A stretch of 64,000 nt of DNA from a virus (taxonomy: Duplodnaviria; Caudoviricetes): IMG/VR virus record IMGVR_UViG_3300032092_000001, one strand, 5' to 3'. The notes below the pieces were generated by a model, which worked only from the letters and a program-made list of their open reading frames with translations, made no database searches and was not told the origin of the DNA. Below are positions 35,573-46,566 of the stretch, piece by piece. Each line of letters opens with the position of its first letter. The stretch's first letter is position 1. The position numbers and the translations under genes are program-made.

Positions 35573-37723
35573 ATGGCATATGGATTTCAAAATTGTTGTG
35601 ATGGTACTGAATATTTTTACGTAAATGGTATACCTAGCTCAGTTTCTGAGTTGGAAACTTATTATATTGACACTACTGAAGGTTTAGATTTTTGTGCAAC
35701 CTACGTTGAATTACCTGAACTATTTTATCAACCAAAGACTTATAACTTGGTTGGAATGACGGCTCAGACTGATTGTACTGAATGCACAACATCAAACCCT
35801 TGTCCTGATATTATAGAAGATGATATTGATAGTATTAGTTCATATATCACTACGACATCAAATGAATGTGTAGTTATTACAGAATCATTTTTAGAGGTTA
35901 CTTGTGTTCAAACAACAGTACCGACATTTTTAAACCCTAATGCAGGTATAGTCTCTTTAAATATTGTAGGCGGAGTACCTCCTTACTTAATTTACAGTTC
36001 TAACACCACAACTCAATTAACAGCATCTTCTAATCCTGGTAACATACAAGTACTAGCTAATAAACCAGGAGGTACATATTCATTTGACGTTTTAGATTTT
36101 ACGAATAATATAGCGTCAATTAATTGTACGTTACCATCCGCACCATCAACATTATTGTCAACATGTAACACTCAAAATATTAGTCAATTTGGGTTAAGTG
36201 ACGGTAAGTTATTCTACCCATCAATACAAGGAGGAACACCTCCATATTTTGTTTATTCCGGAGCAACTTTATTAACTCAATCAAACTTCCCATTAGTTAA
36301 TTTAGGACTTAATGGAAATCCCTACACTTTAACTATACAGGACAGTGGAACAGGTTCTAATTTTCAACAATATTCTTTATCCTGTACTATAACACAACCT
36401 GCTCAAGTTTTCATATACCCTAATAATCTTTGTATACAATTTGAATACTGTGGTAAAGGATTTCAACTTTCATTTACAAGTGCGGGGACAATAAATAACA
36501 GAGCAAGTTACACATTAACAAACGCATCGTCAATTGGGGTTTCTTCATCTGTTACACTATCATTTAATGGAACTAACTGGATTACATCTTCATTTACATC
36601 AACTGTACCTATAACTTTACCAAATGGATGTATAACGAATACAGTATCGTCAACATTATTTGGTCCAACAACACAATATCCGTTAGGTGCGTGGTCTGTC
36701 AATTCAAGTTCTTGGTTATACAATGACGGTGTAAATAATACAGTATTCACACTATATTCAGGAACTTGTCAAAATACTGTAATAACACCAACAATCACAA
36801 CTCAAGGATATTGTTCCACAAGTCCAACACCTCAAGGAATTGCAACATTTTCTCCCGTAGTTGGCGGTTTAAGTCCATATACTTTTATAGTCGATAACAA
36901 TTTAATTGGTTCAAATACTACAACATCATCTGTTGCAAACCTAACTTCAGGTTCTCACACATATACCATTACAGACCAAACAGGTAGTACTGTAACAGGT
37001 AGTTTTATAATTCCATCAACAGCAGGCGCAAATCTATCATTAAATCTTAACAAATACGATAACGCAAGTACATTTTATACTAATACAACATTAACAGGTG
37101 GTATCTCGGTTAGAAGTATATATAGAAATTTTAACATTGATGTGTCAATTTTAAATTTACCATCAAATGTTACTCTTCAGGGTTACTTTGAACTAACAAT
37201 AAGAGCTCAGCTAGCAACAACTGCTCAATATTTAGACACATATGCCGGAGGTTGGTCGGATAGTTACGACGATGTGAATGTTTTTAAAAACTCAACTCCA
37301 ATTAGTTCATCAATTATATCGGTATCAACTTCTGACACAGGAGCAATTACAAGATTAAATAGTAACGTGAGTCCTAATTTCATTCCCGCAAATAATAATA
37401 CTTCATGTACATTCACATCAACTGTTTTTACCAGAAAACTTAAAAGAATTTTTACGGTAGGAACGTCATCATCACCATTAACGATATCAAGTTCAGACTT
37501 AATAAAATTTAATTTTGAGCCGGCATATAATTTTAGAATAAATTCAACAAATTTATGTAGACCGGGTATTACATTTCAATATAACATTAAATTCATACCT
37601 ACTACACCTCAACCAAATTGTTTAATTTATAATTTTTCAACAGAATCAATAACTTCATTTAGACAAATTTCAGGAAATAATAATCCTTCCACTTTGGATA
37701 CAACAAATAGAATATCATATTAA
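35573..37723 (+). CDS. Cys-rich protein with SprB-like repeats
   Basis: 716 aa; GGVPPY..., GGTPPY...YTLTIQD and GGLSPYTF...LTSGSHTYTITD units; no signal peptide. Confidence 0.7.
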   Translation: MAYGFQNCCDGTEYFYVNGIPSSVSELETYYIDTTEGLDFCATYVELPELFYQPKTYNLVGMTAQTDCTECTTSNPCPDIIEDDIDSISSYITTTSNECVVITESFLEVTCVQTTVPTFLNPNAGIVSLNIVGGVPPYLIYSSNTTTQLTASSNPGNIQVLANKPGGTYSFDVLDFTNNIASINCTLPSAPSTLLSTCNTQNISQFGLSDGKLFYPSIQGGTPPYFVYSGATLLTQSNFPLVNLGLNGNPYTLTIQDSGTGSNFQQYSLSCTITQPAQVFIYPNNLCIQFEYCGKGFQLSFTSAGTINNRASYTLTNASSIGVSSSVTLSFNGTNWITSSFTSTVPITLPNGCITNTVSSTLFGPTTQYPLGAWSVNSSSWLYNDGVNNTVFTLYSGTCQNTVITPTITTQGYCSTSPTPQGIATFSPVVGGLSPYTFIVDNNLIGSNTTTSSVANLTSGSHTYTITDQTGSTVTGSFIIPSTAGANLSLNLNKYDNASTFYTNTTLTGGISVRSIYRNFNIDVSILNLPSNVTLQGYFELTIRAQLATTAQYLDTYAGGWSDSYDDVNVFKNSTPISSSIISVSTSDTGAITRLNSNVSPNFIPANNNTSCTFTSTVFTRKLKRIFTVGTSSSPLTISSSDLIKFNFEPAYNFRINSTNLCRPGITFQYNIKFIPTTPQPNCLIYNFSTESITSFRQISGNNNPSTLDTTNRISY

Positions 37724-37725
37724 AA

Positions 37726-37732
37726 TATTTAT
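37726..37732 (+). promoter_or_regulatory. TATTTAT putative late promoter
   Basis: 5 nt upstream of ATG 37738. Confidence 0.6.
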
Positions 37733-37737
37733 ATAAA

Positions 37738-39912
37738 ATGGGATACATAATAAAGAACACACAAGGTTTAATAGTCACAAGATTAACAGATACAGGTAGA
37801 AAAAAACTATCTGAAGGTAATTTTAATATTGCATATTTTCAAGTAGGTGATAGTGAAGTAAACTACAACAAAGTTTCAATCCCCTATAACAAGGCGAATT
37901 TTCAAATTTTAGAACCATCATATAATGCACAAAATTCAACAGGAATTCCATCATCAAATAAAAACGATATTAAGTATCCATTTTATTTAAGTACAACTTC
38001 AGGTATTACTTACGGTATACCATTTATGGCATCATCAGATGAATCGGTTTTTAATAAAGCAACAACATCAGGATTTTTTTCAGCGTCTACTAATTGTTAT
38101 AAGATACAAACCAGTAGCGCTTACACATATAATTCACAATACGTTGTAGATTTATCAACATTTGTTGGTACCAACGGTTTCTTAACTCTTAGTTCAAACC
38201 CATGTTCGGATTCATCTACAGGAACTTTATCAGCAAATACTTATGTCACAATTTATACAATTAGTGGTAATACTTGTAATTGTGTTAATTTTAATTCACC
38301 TATTTTAACATTCAGAGTTGGTAGTTTTAACACTCTGACATCAACTTTATATTTAGACAGAGCAGTTCCTGATTTAAATTCATTAGGATTTAGCGGTTAT
38401 GGAAGATGCATATTCACAACGTCAGGAATTACAGGATATGATTTACCAACACCTCAGAATTATTGGAGTGATAGTGTAATTAATTACGAATCGGTTTGTA
38501 CCCCTGAGGATGGTTATGTTAGAGTGTGGAACATGAATATTCCTTGGTCTGAATCTCCAGCAGGAGTTGCTGCACCATATAGAACATATACTAATTTCCC
38601 ATCAATAGATTATTTGAGTACTAAAGAATATTATGGTTATATGTCTTCAACAGGACAAAGTGCGACAACTGCGGTAACTTATTATAATTCATTTGGTGAG
38701 ATGATTACAGTATTACCTGAAGAACAAAAATCAATATCAATCGTTCATTATACCAATAACGCAATTATTAATTTCTACGGAGAAAAATTTGCAACTGAAG
38801 TTTACGTTGACGGTTCCGACGGTGAAGCCAGAAATTTTTCAATAACTTTACCGTGGTTAATGTGGCATAAAAATTCATCTCCATCAACATCAGGTGAGAC
38901 ATTTTTTATTGACCCTCCAGGTTATTCATCTCTTGATTTATTAACGCCATACTATATCAAATCATCTAAAAATTCAGATATGAATTCTCCAGGAATTCGT
39001 TTCTACAATTTATATGACACTCACACAAATCCTGACGGTTACCCAAGTAGAGTTGGTAGAGTTTTTCCAGATGATAAAATCATAATATTTGATGACGAAG
39101 AAATCATTGCAACGATGACATATGTTGCAAACAGAAACTATACATTACCATCACCTAAATTAGGATTAATCAGTCCAGGTTCTTGTGGTGACGATTCAAC
39201 TAACGGACTATTAGATAATGATAGTCAACAAATTTGGGTTAGTTACGGATTTGAAGGTGATTGGCAAGGAATGCATTGTAACTACTATCAAAATATTTTA
39301 GGTCCAATGACTGGAGTTGGTTTAACGGAACAGAATGTAACAGTTAGTTTTGGTGGAGATTTTACATATATGAATACTGGAAGTACTACAGGTTTCTCAT
39401 CTAATTTGTTCTACGTTATCGCCCAAACAGGTACAACATCAATGTCTCGCCCATTAGCCGACTCATGGAAAAAGATAACCGCATTCACTTCAAATGAATT
39501 AAGTTCTTACATTGCAACTAATGGTAATATTATACCTGGAGGTATGACTGCTAAAACTTTTACAATTACTCCAACATTATATTCATCAGCCCCAACATAT
39601 CAATTAAGCGAACAAATCACAATTCCATTAAATAGTAATACAACAAAATTAGGTTTTGGTGATGAAAATTTATTTTATGGGAATATCAATACAGACATAC
39701 AAGCAACAATATATGAAATGAGATATCTTATTAATTTACCAAATAATCAATTTGTTAAATCATCCAACCCAACTTGGACTACTGGAAGTTTACCTTATAT
39801 GAGTGAAATTGGTTTATATGATAACGATAAAAATTTATTAGTATTAGGTAAATTTCAATCGCCTCAAGTTAGAACAGGTATTCAACAAGTTGCAATTAAA
39901 TTAGATTTTTAA
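37738..39912 (+). CDS. Virion structural protein (tail/baseplate-associated)
   Basis: N-terminal LTDTGRKKL...F..AYFQVGDSEVNY and C-terminal YMSEIGLYD...LLVLGKFQSP..., a pattern seen in large-phage tail proteins. Confidence 0.65.
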   Translation: MGYIIKNTQGLIVTRLTDTGRKKLSEGNFNIAYFQVGDSEVNYNKVSIPYNKANFQILEPSYNAQNSTGIPSSNKNDIKYPFYLSTTSGITYGIPFMASSDESVFNKATTSGFFSASTNCYKIQTSSAYTYNSQYVVDLSTFVGTNGFLTLSSNPCSDSSTGTLSANTYVTIYTISGNTCNCVNFNSPILTFRVGSFNTLTSTLYLDRAVPDLNSLGFSGYGRCIFTTSGITGYDLPTPQNYWSDSVINYESVCTPEDGYVRVWNMNIPWSESPAGVAAPYRTYTNFPSIDYLSTKEYYGYMSSTGQSATTAVTYYNSFGEMITVLPEEQKSISIVHYTNNAIINFYGEKFATEVYVDGSDGEARNFSITLPWLMWHKNSSPSTSGETFFIDPPGYSSLDLLTPYYIKSSKNSDMNSPGIRFYNLYDTHTNPDGYPSRVGRVFPDDKIIIFDDEEIIATMTYVANRNYTLPSPKLGLISPGSCGDDSTNGLLDNDSQQIWVSYGFEGDWQGMHCNYYQNILGPMTGVGLTEQNVTVSFGGDFTYMNTGSTTGFSSNLFYVIAQTGTTSMSRPLADSWKKITAFTSNELSSYIATNGNIIPGGMTAKTFTITPTLYSSAPTYQLSEQITIPLNSNTTKLGFGDENLFYGNINTDIQATIYEMRYLINLPNNQFVKSSNPTWTTGSLPYMSEIGLYDNDKNLLVLGKFQSPQVRTGIQQVAIKLDF

Positions 39913-39957
39913 GAATTGTTTACAATTAAGAATTATAATTTAATAATTAATTAAATT

Positions 39958-40551
39958 ATGGCAAAAAGTATTAAAAATTCCCCAAAGATTTTGGGATTGG
40001 ACGTTTCAACCAAAACAATTGGTGTCGCCCTTTTTGATTTATCCTCAAGAGATTTATTAGAGTTAACTCATATTTCTCCAAGACCAAAACCATCAAGTGA
40101 CAATAAAATGGAAGAATTAATTAATAAGTCCACTTTATTTAGAAAAAAACTTGAGGAGTATAAAGGTATTGGGGTCATCAGAGTCATAATTGAAGAACCT
40201 CTATTGAATAGTAATAATGTTTACACTATTGCAACCCTACTACGTTATAACACATTAATATCTAAGGAAGTTTATGATATTTTAGGAGTTGTCCCTGAAT
40301 ATATATCAACGTATAATTCAAGAAAAGAAGCTTTCCCTGAATTAGTTCAAAAAAATGAAAAGGGTAAATTTGTATTGTTTGGTGGTTATCCTAAAGATTG
40401 TGATAAAAAACAAATTATTTGGGAATTGGTTGCTAAAAGAGAACCTCAGATTCAGTGGTTATATACAAGAAACAACACTCTGAAAAAAGAGAACTTTGAC
40501 ATGACAGATGCATATACTGTTGTCTTATCCTATCTTAATTCTAAGAATTAG
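39958..40551 (+). CDS. ruvC: RuvC-like Holliday junction resolvase
   Basis: ILGLDVSTKTIGVA, IIEEP and DMTDAY acidic motifs of the RNase H fold. Confidence 0.8.
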   Translation: MAKSIKNSPKILGLDVSTKTIGVALFDLSSRDLLELTHISPRPKPSSDNKMEELINKSTLFRKKLEEYKGIGVIRVIIEEPLLNSNNVYTIATLLRYNTLISKEVYDILGVVPEYISTYNSRKEAFPELVQKNEKGKFVLFGGYPKDCDKKQIIWELVAKREPQIQWLYTRNNTLKKENFDMTDAYTVVLSYLNSKN

Positions 40552-40774
40552 AACAACTTATAAATTTAAATGTTTCACATAAATTAGAATCAACAATCTT
40601 AACAAAGATTATTGTACTACCTGTTAAACTGCTTGGTAAATCAATAACTGTCGGCCAATAAACAGGGTCATATAAAGTATCAACTAATTGACAATTATTC
40701 ACATTTGAGTCACACATATATACCTCAAATGGTGGTATTCCTGAAATGTCAGTTATCGTTAAATTTATTCCCAT
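40541..40774 (-). CDS. Small single-domain Ig/SprB-like protein
   Basis: ISGIPPFEVYMCD...C...LP...VKIVDSNLC. Confidence 0.7.
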   Translation of the reverse strand: MGINLTITDISGIPPFEVYMCDSNVNNCQLVDTLYDPVYWPTVIDLPSSLTGSTIIFVKIVDSNLCETFKFISCSNS

Positions 40775-40777
40775 AGT

Positions 40778-43375
40778 TTATATGATTTGTACCCATCCTC
40801 CAACTTTATAAATATATAACCCATCAGGACTATCCGTCTGATAAACTATTAAACCCGCAGTTGGTGATAATATTGAAGTTCTTTGGGTTTGTGTCATTCT
40901 TGGGAACAAAACACCTTGGGATGTTGAAGCGACTTCTAAAATAGCTGCGGAGCTTGATGGTGACCCAATAGATACTGTTGTTGCTGAAATTGTTGTCGCA
41001 GTTAACCCGTTTGAATTAGCGTTAAATCCTGGTGTTGATAATGTTGAACCTGATATTAATCCGTCGGCTCTAATGAATGATGTGAGTGATGTTGCGGTAT
41101 TTCTACCCTCAAATAAATTTGTTACATTATCTGCAGCACCCGTCCCATTTTGAATTGATAATGCTCCTTCTGCCGAATTTGTTACTATTTCAGGTGTTGT
41201 TGAATTCTCATATGCTTGCTGTAAAGTTGTTGTTGATAGACCCCCTGTTCCTCCTAATACCTCACCAAACTTTGACACGAGATTGAATACCGCATAACTA
41301 CTATTGACCAAACCACCATTACCAACCGATGCGTTTTTATTTACCGAGATTATACCAATTAATATACCATTATCTCGGTTATTACTAAAATCGGTAAATT
41401 GTTCTGTCTGTGAGCCAGCAACTGCGGCTGTTAAACTTCCATATACTTGTTGTCCCAATTGAATCCTAACAAGTCCTGTTGGGAATAAGAAAACTCTTTG
41501 GTTTGTTGAAGAGTTTGAACCCCCACCTACCGCAGTAACAACACCATTTAAGTCATAATATCCAGGTTGAATTGTTGTTGTATTACCTGATGGAATTGTG
41601 CCTCCAGTTATAGGTCCGTTTCGTGTTCTATATTGAAATGTTGTGGGAGATGTTCCTGAAATGGTAACACTATCAGGGTTTTGTTGATTTGTGAACCATC
41701 CAATACCATTACCCCATAAAACCCCTGCCGATGTATTAATATTCATATTAACACCATTCGCGGACACCAAAACACCTTGATTAATAAGTTTTAATGGCGT
41801 CCAAAGGTCACGTATTGCCGCCATTGGTGATACATCAAAATCAGTTGCATTTTGTAAATTAGTAATTGTTAATCTATCAGCATGTCCAATTCTTCCTAAA
41901 TAAATATTTTCTCTTCTTTCTTGAGGTGTTGGGAAAGTTGTTTGTTGGATTAATGTTGAGGCACTACTAATAAGAATATATGTGGTAACCGCAGTGTTCA
42001 AATATGTTAAAGGTATGTTTGTCCCACCTGAATAATAAAGGTTAATAACATCAGGTAATGTTGCAAATGAATATGTATTTTTAACAATCCATCCTCTTGC
42101 CATTGCAACATTTATTGTTTGTCCCGTACCCTGAGTTATTCCAGTAAATTCATATACACCACTTGAAATGACATTACCCTCCAAGATATTTCTTTCAATA
42201 TCCGTTAGTGTAAGGTTAGAATCTTCATTATTAATATTAACATAAATCTTACCTGTGGTTGTTCCTGTTTGTAAGACATATCCAATTTCATTTGTTCTGG
42301 CACTAAAAGATAATGACGATGTTGAATTAACATATCCACCAGGAATTGTGTCAGAAAGGTATAACACATCACCATTTGCAAATGTGTTGATTGTTATTCC
42401 ACTTAAAATACCATTATTTAAAACTAACCCTGTACCTCCATTTGGTATGTCCTCAGCAGTAACTCCAATAGGTCTTGGACTTTGTAAGGCGTGATTATTG
42501 GTTGCCAATTTTATACTCGGTAAACCAATAGTTGTTCCAGTGATTGTGACTACTTTCCCCTTATCAATTTGAACTCCCGTACCATTATAAACTCTTGTGT
42601 AGAGTTGTTGACCCATCGCAATTGGTACTAAACTATTATCCACATCATAATAAGAAAGAGCCTTTGATACATTATCAAAGAACATTCTTCCACCTGTCTG
42701 AGATGGATTTGTTGACCCGGTTGTAAAGTCAATATAATTAACCTGTGATACTGTATTTGCAGTTACTCCACTTTGGAATATTGTTCCACCTGTTACAGTT
42801 CCTCCACTTAATGGAAGATATGCTCCTGATGTACCACCTGTACCCGTATTAAATTTGCGCCAAGTAGCGTTTGTGCTTGTATATCCGCTAACATCTTCAA
42901 TAGTGGATGCGGTCCAAGCATTTATGAAATTCCTACCTTGTGGAGTATTATTTCTAACTAACGTTCCGTATTCACTAATTGTAACACAATTCGTACTTGC
43001 AGTCGCTGCAGTAAACAATGAAGTATATCCACTTATATGAAATTGGTAAACTTGGTCTTCTTCATAAACATAAACTAACATACCAAGTCTTCGTCTACCT
43101 GAAGATATATTGTCTGAAGCTAATACTAAAACATCAGGAGACCAAACATTTCCATTTCCTTTAGTAAACTCAATAGGAATAGTGTTTCCTGAATATTCAA
43201 TACTTCCAGTTGTTCCTGTAGGTATAGTATAAATTAAGTCATTTAAACTATAAACCTCCATGTAACCACCAATATTATTAACACTATATCCTAACCCGTA
43301 TGTATTGGATATTGGGACACTTTGTGTTGTTCCGACTTGTAGTGATGATATTGGATTTTTGTATGGAAAACTCAT
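40778..43375 (-). CDS. Tail-fibre-like virion protein
   Basis: 865 aa; GAYLPLSGGTVTGGTIFQSGVTANT; C-terminal SAAILEVASTSQGVLFPRMT...SPTAGL module. Confidence 0.7.
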   Translation of the reverse strand: MSFPYKNPISSLQVGTTQSVPISNTYGLGYSVNNIGGYMEVYSLNDLIYTIPTGTTGSIEYSGNTIPIEFTKGNGNVWSPDVLVLASDNISSGRRRLGMLVYVYEEDQVYQFHISGYTSLFTAATASTNCVTISEYGTLVRNNTPQGRNFINAWTASTIEDVSGYTSTNATWRKFNTGTGGTSGAYLPLSGGTVTGGTIFQSGVTANTVSQVNYIDFTTGSTNPSQTGGRMFFDNVSKALSYYDVDNSLVPIAMGQQLYTRVYNGTGVQIDKGKVVTITGTTIGLPSIKLATNNHALQSPRPIGVTAEDIPNGGTGLVLNNGILSGITINTFANGDVLYLSDTIPGGYVNSTSSLSFSARTNEIGYVLQTGTTTGKIYVNINNEDSNLTLTDIERNILEGNVISSGVYEFTGITQGTGQTINVAMARGWIVKNTYSFATLPDVINLYYSGGTNIPLTYLNTAVTTYILISSASTLIQQTTFPTPQERRENIYLGRIGHADRLTITNLQNATDFDVSPMAAIRDLWTPLKLINQGVLVSANGVNMNINTSAGVLWGNGIGWFTNQQNPDSVTISGTSPTTFQYRTRNGPITGGTIPSGNTTTIQPGYYDLNGVVTAVGGGSNSSTNQRVFLFPTGLVRIQLGQQVYGSLTAAVAGSQTEQFTDFSNNRDNGILIGIISVNKNASVGNGGLVNSSYAVFNLVSKFGEVLGGTGGLSTTTLQQAYENSTTPEIVTNSAEGALSIQNGTGAADNVTNLFEGRNTATSLTSFIRADGLISGSTLSTPGFNANSNGLTATTISATTVSIGSPSSSAAILEVASTSQGVLFPRMTQTQRTSILSPTAGLIVYQTDSPDGLYIYKVGGWVQII

Positions 43376-43384
43376 ATTATATAA

Positions 43385-44395
43385 TTATAAACCAACCGAA
43401 CTTCCTCTAAAATATAATGGTAAATTATTGTTTAACTCAAAAGCTGAATTTGGGAAAGTTGTATAAACTCTATATGTCGTGTTTCCAATTGTGGGTCCAA
43501 CATAACTAAACGAATTTGTATACATTGATGAATTCATTTTATAACTTGTAAACACATTTGGGTTAACTACCCCCAAATCAATTTCTATTTGATATTCCCC
43601 ATTTGTTAAACCTGTAGGTATTAACCAAGTATACCATGATTTACTTTGTACATAATTTTCAGGGACTTGAGTTGTGATAAAATTATATTGTATCACAGGG
43701 TTACCATACTCGTCATATGTATCACTATTATTAACAATGTAATTATAAGATGCTTTTATTATTTTTGGGAACTGCCCATTTGACCACCCTGAAAAATTCA
43801 CATAAGTTGACATATCAGTTTGGAAAGTAGACGCACTACTACTAGGTTGTGTTGCATTTGTAAATCCGTAAAAATTGGAACCTTGTGAATACATGTAACT
43901 TCCAATACTTGATGACCCACTATAAGGTTCAATAAACAAATAAGCTAACGGTATCTCAGGTGTAACCGATGGTGTCGGTGTCACAGTTGTGGATGGAGTA
44001 ATTGTATTTGTTGGGGTAATTGATGGTGTAATAGTCGGTGTCGGTGTTATACTTGGTGTCAGAGATGTCGTCGGGGTAATTGATGGTGTAATACTTGGTG
44101 TTGGAGTAATTGATGGTGTTAATGAAACTGTTGGGGTAACTGAAGGGGTAATACTCGGTGTTGGTGTTGGTGTAACACACATATAGTTTTCAGTAAAAAT
44201 ACACCCTGTTGAGTCTATAATCTTAATTAATGCCTGTGGAGCAGTATCAAATTGTGAGGGTAAGTAGATAGTAACCTGAGGAGGAACATATCCTTCAATT
44301 GTTGTTGTATAAACACAGTTAAATTCGTATACGTCACATGTATAAACTTGGTACGGTGGTATCCCACTTAGATTTTGAATAACAATTTGACCCAT
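43385..44395 (-). CDS. Ig/SprB-like domain + Pro/Thr linker + C-terminal beta domain
   Basis: 336 aa; ~70-aa TPS/TPT tract. Confidence 0.75.
   Translation of the reverse strand: MGQIVIQNLSGIPPYQVYTCDVYEFNCVYTTTIEGYVPPQVTIYLPSQFDTAPQALIKIIDSTGCIFTENYMCVTPTPTPSITPSVTPTVSLTPSITPTPSITPSITPTTSLTPSITPTPTITPSITPTNTITPSTTVTPTPSVTPEIPLAYLFIEPYSGSSSIGSYMYSQGSNFYGFTNATQPSSSASTFQTDMSTYVNFSGWSNGQFPKIIKASYNYIVNNSDTYDEYGNPVIQYNFITTQVPENYVQSKSWYTWLIPTGLTNGEYQIEIDLGVVNPNVFTSYKMNSSMYTNSFSYVGPTIGNTTYRVYTTFPNSAFELNNNLPLYFRGSSVGL
43955..44176 (-). repeat. Pro/Thr/Ser low-complexity tract
   Basis: (T/S)(I/V)TP(S/T) repeats. Confidence 0.85.
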
Positions 44396-44400
44396 TAATC

Positions 44401-44407
44401 ATAAATA
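44401..44407 (-). promoter_or_regulatory. TATTTAT putative late promoter
   Basis: 5 nt upstream of ATG 44395. Confidence 0.6.
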
Positions 44408-44419
44408 CTTTATTATGTG

Positions 44420-46561
44420 TTATGTAACACATGAAGTATCGTATTCAATTCTAACTGAAACAATAATATCTTCATCCCTATAAACCTCAACCCCTCCAAC
44501 ACTTTGGGACTGAATTAATATAGTGTTGTCTTCGTTATTGATAATAACTGTTTCAATATAAGGAATGTTTAACAACACATACTGTAAAATTGCCGAAAAC
44601 CCTGAAACTGTAGGTAAATCATCCAACGATAATGTTGTATAGAATTCCGCACTATATGTTATACCACTTAACTCAACATCACAATAAAATGTCGCACTAT
44701 TTAATTTACATAAATCATGTCCTGTAGTAACGTCAATATACCCATTATATAATAAATTAGAAAAATCAGTTAAAGATGTACTATCCTCTTCTTCATTAGT
44801 ATCAAATGTGAAACTTGTAGTTCTAGTTTGTGGTGGATTACAAGTAATTGATGTTTCTAAATATGCCTGACAACCATTAGTACCACTAATCGTTAAGTAA
44901 TATGTACCGGCAGTTAATCCTGTTAAAAACACTCCAGTTTGTCCGTTAACATTATCACTCCATGTTAAATTAAAAGGTCCTTCTTCGTCAATGATTAATG
45001 CCGATATAGTACCTCCACTACCATTAAGACATCCAGTTGGTACTAAAATTGTTTTAAATGGCGTTAATCCTTCAACAGATATTTGTTTTTCCTGAGAACA
45101 AAAATTCTCATTATTTACGGTTACCGTATAATCCCCTTGTGTTAGAGATGAAAATGTGTACGTTGTTGCAGTCGTAAATTCAGAATATACTCCATTTGAT
45201 AACGAGTATTCATACATTAAACCTGAGGTAGTTTCATTAATAACATTTACCTGTATTAACCCATCATTTGGTTGACAGTACGTACTTTGTGAAGTCACGT
45301 TGATGTCAAATGGTATGTTATTATTTATAACTATATTTGACGAGTAAGTACACGCACTTCCCGCATCAGAAATAGTCAATGTATAGGTATCAGAACTTAA
45401 TGATTCAAATGTTACTGAAGGTATAAAACTAGTTTGGGTATTCGTAAATCCTGAGTTGTTAGTTAATTCAAATACATAAGGTAAAACTCCTCCATTAACT
45501 TCAACCGATATACTTCCAGTTTCAAATCCACAAGACATATCTTGTTTTGTCTCAGAAACTAATACAAAAGAATTTGGTGTTAATAATGTAAAATTATATG
45601 TTAATTTACATAACGCAACGTCAGTAATAGTTAAAGTATAATTTCCGGCATTCAATCCCGAAAATCCAAAAGTTTCACTGTAAGAAACTAATGAATCACC
45701 ATTACTCAATAAATAAAAGTAAGGTCCAGTTCCTCCTGATATTTGAAAATTAACATAACCATCATAACCAGAACATGAAGGTTGACTTGGAACATAATCA
45801 ACAATTGAAATCTGAGGGGCTTGGTTAACTGTTGTGGTTTTAGTGATTTGACATCCAAAACTATCAGTAACCGTAACTGAATAATTTGATGCCGCCAATC
45901 CTGTTACAAAATATTCTGAAGTCGCACTTGTAGGATTACTAGACCATAAATATGTGAATGGTGCAGTACCTGTTATTCCTGTTACATATATCTTACCGTT
46001 TTGATAAGAACATGAAGGATTATCAATCGTATGTAATCCATAATCTAACACATTTGAACTTCGTATTACAACATTTTCAGTTTCTCCGTAACATCCACCA
46101 TAATCAGTATAACTACAATAATATACACCATCACTTAGACTACTAAATAAAAATTGATTTAGTGTTATAGTGTTAGTCACATATTCTTCACCATTTTTAT
46201 ATAAGGTAACTTCAGTTGACCCTAAATTTTCAGAAACGTTAAATATTAACGACCCGTTATCAATCCCACAAGTAGTATTAACTACATTACTAATATATGC
46301 GGTAGTTCCAGTACCAATAACAAATGATATATTATTAATAGATTCATTTCTAGGTGTTAGTGAGTTTGTTAGGTTAAAGTTATAGGTTCCCGCACTTAAT
46401 CCAGTTAGTGAGTAATTACTGGTAAAGGCACTGGTGGTTAATACAGGATTATTCCAACTTATTGTATATGGACTACCGTCACCTGTTACCTGTAGATTTA
46501 ACGCCCCGTTATTAGTATTGGAACAATCACCTGTCAGTATTATACTATAATTAAATGGCAT
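44420..46561 (-). CDS. SprB-repeat protein
   Basis: 713 aa; about six ~80-90-aa repeats C...NG.I.V...GG(T/V).P(Y/F).Y.W....GL.AG.Y.(V/L)T(V/I)TD..GC; no signal peptide or T9SS C-terminal domain visible. Confidence 0.85.
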   Translation of the reverse strand: MPFNYSIILTGDCSNTNNGALNLQVTGDGSPYTISWNNPVLTTSAFTSNYSLTGLSAGTYNFNLTNSLTPRNESINNISFVIGTGTTAYISNVVNTTCGIDNGSLIFNVSENLGSTEVTLYKNGEEYVTNTITLNQFLFSSLSDGVYYCSYTDYGGCYGETENVVIRSSNVLDYGLHTIDNPSCSYQNGKIYVTGITGTAPFTYLWSSNPTSATSEYFVTGLAASNYSVTVTDSFGCQITKTTTVNQAPQISIVDYVPSQPSCSGYDGYVNFQISGGTGPYFYLLSNGDSLVSYSETFGFSGLNAGNYTLTITDVALCKLTYNFTLLTPNSFVLVSETKQDMSCGFETGSISVEVNGGVLPYVFELTNNSGFTNTQTSFIPSVTFESLSSDTYTLTISDAGSACTYSSNIVINNNIPFDINVTSQSTYCQPNDGLIQVNVINETTSGLMYEYSLSNGVYSEFTTATTYTFSSLTQGDYTVTVNNENFCSQEKQISVEGLTPFKTILVPTGCLNGSGGTISALIIDEEGPFNLTWSDNVNGQTGVFLTGLTAGTYYLTISGTNGCQAYLETSITCNPPQTRTTSFTFDTNEEEDSTSLTDFSNLLYNGYIDVTTGHDLCKLNSATFYCDVELSGITYSAEFYTTLSLDDLPTVSGFSAILQYVLLNIPYIETVIINNEDNTILIQSQSVGGVEVYRDEDIIVSVRIEYDTSCVT

Positions 46562-46566
46562 TCAGT

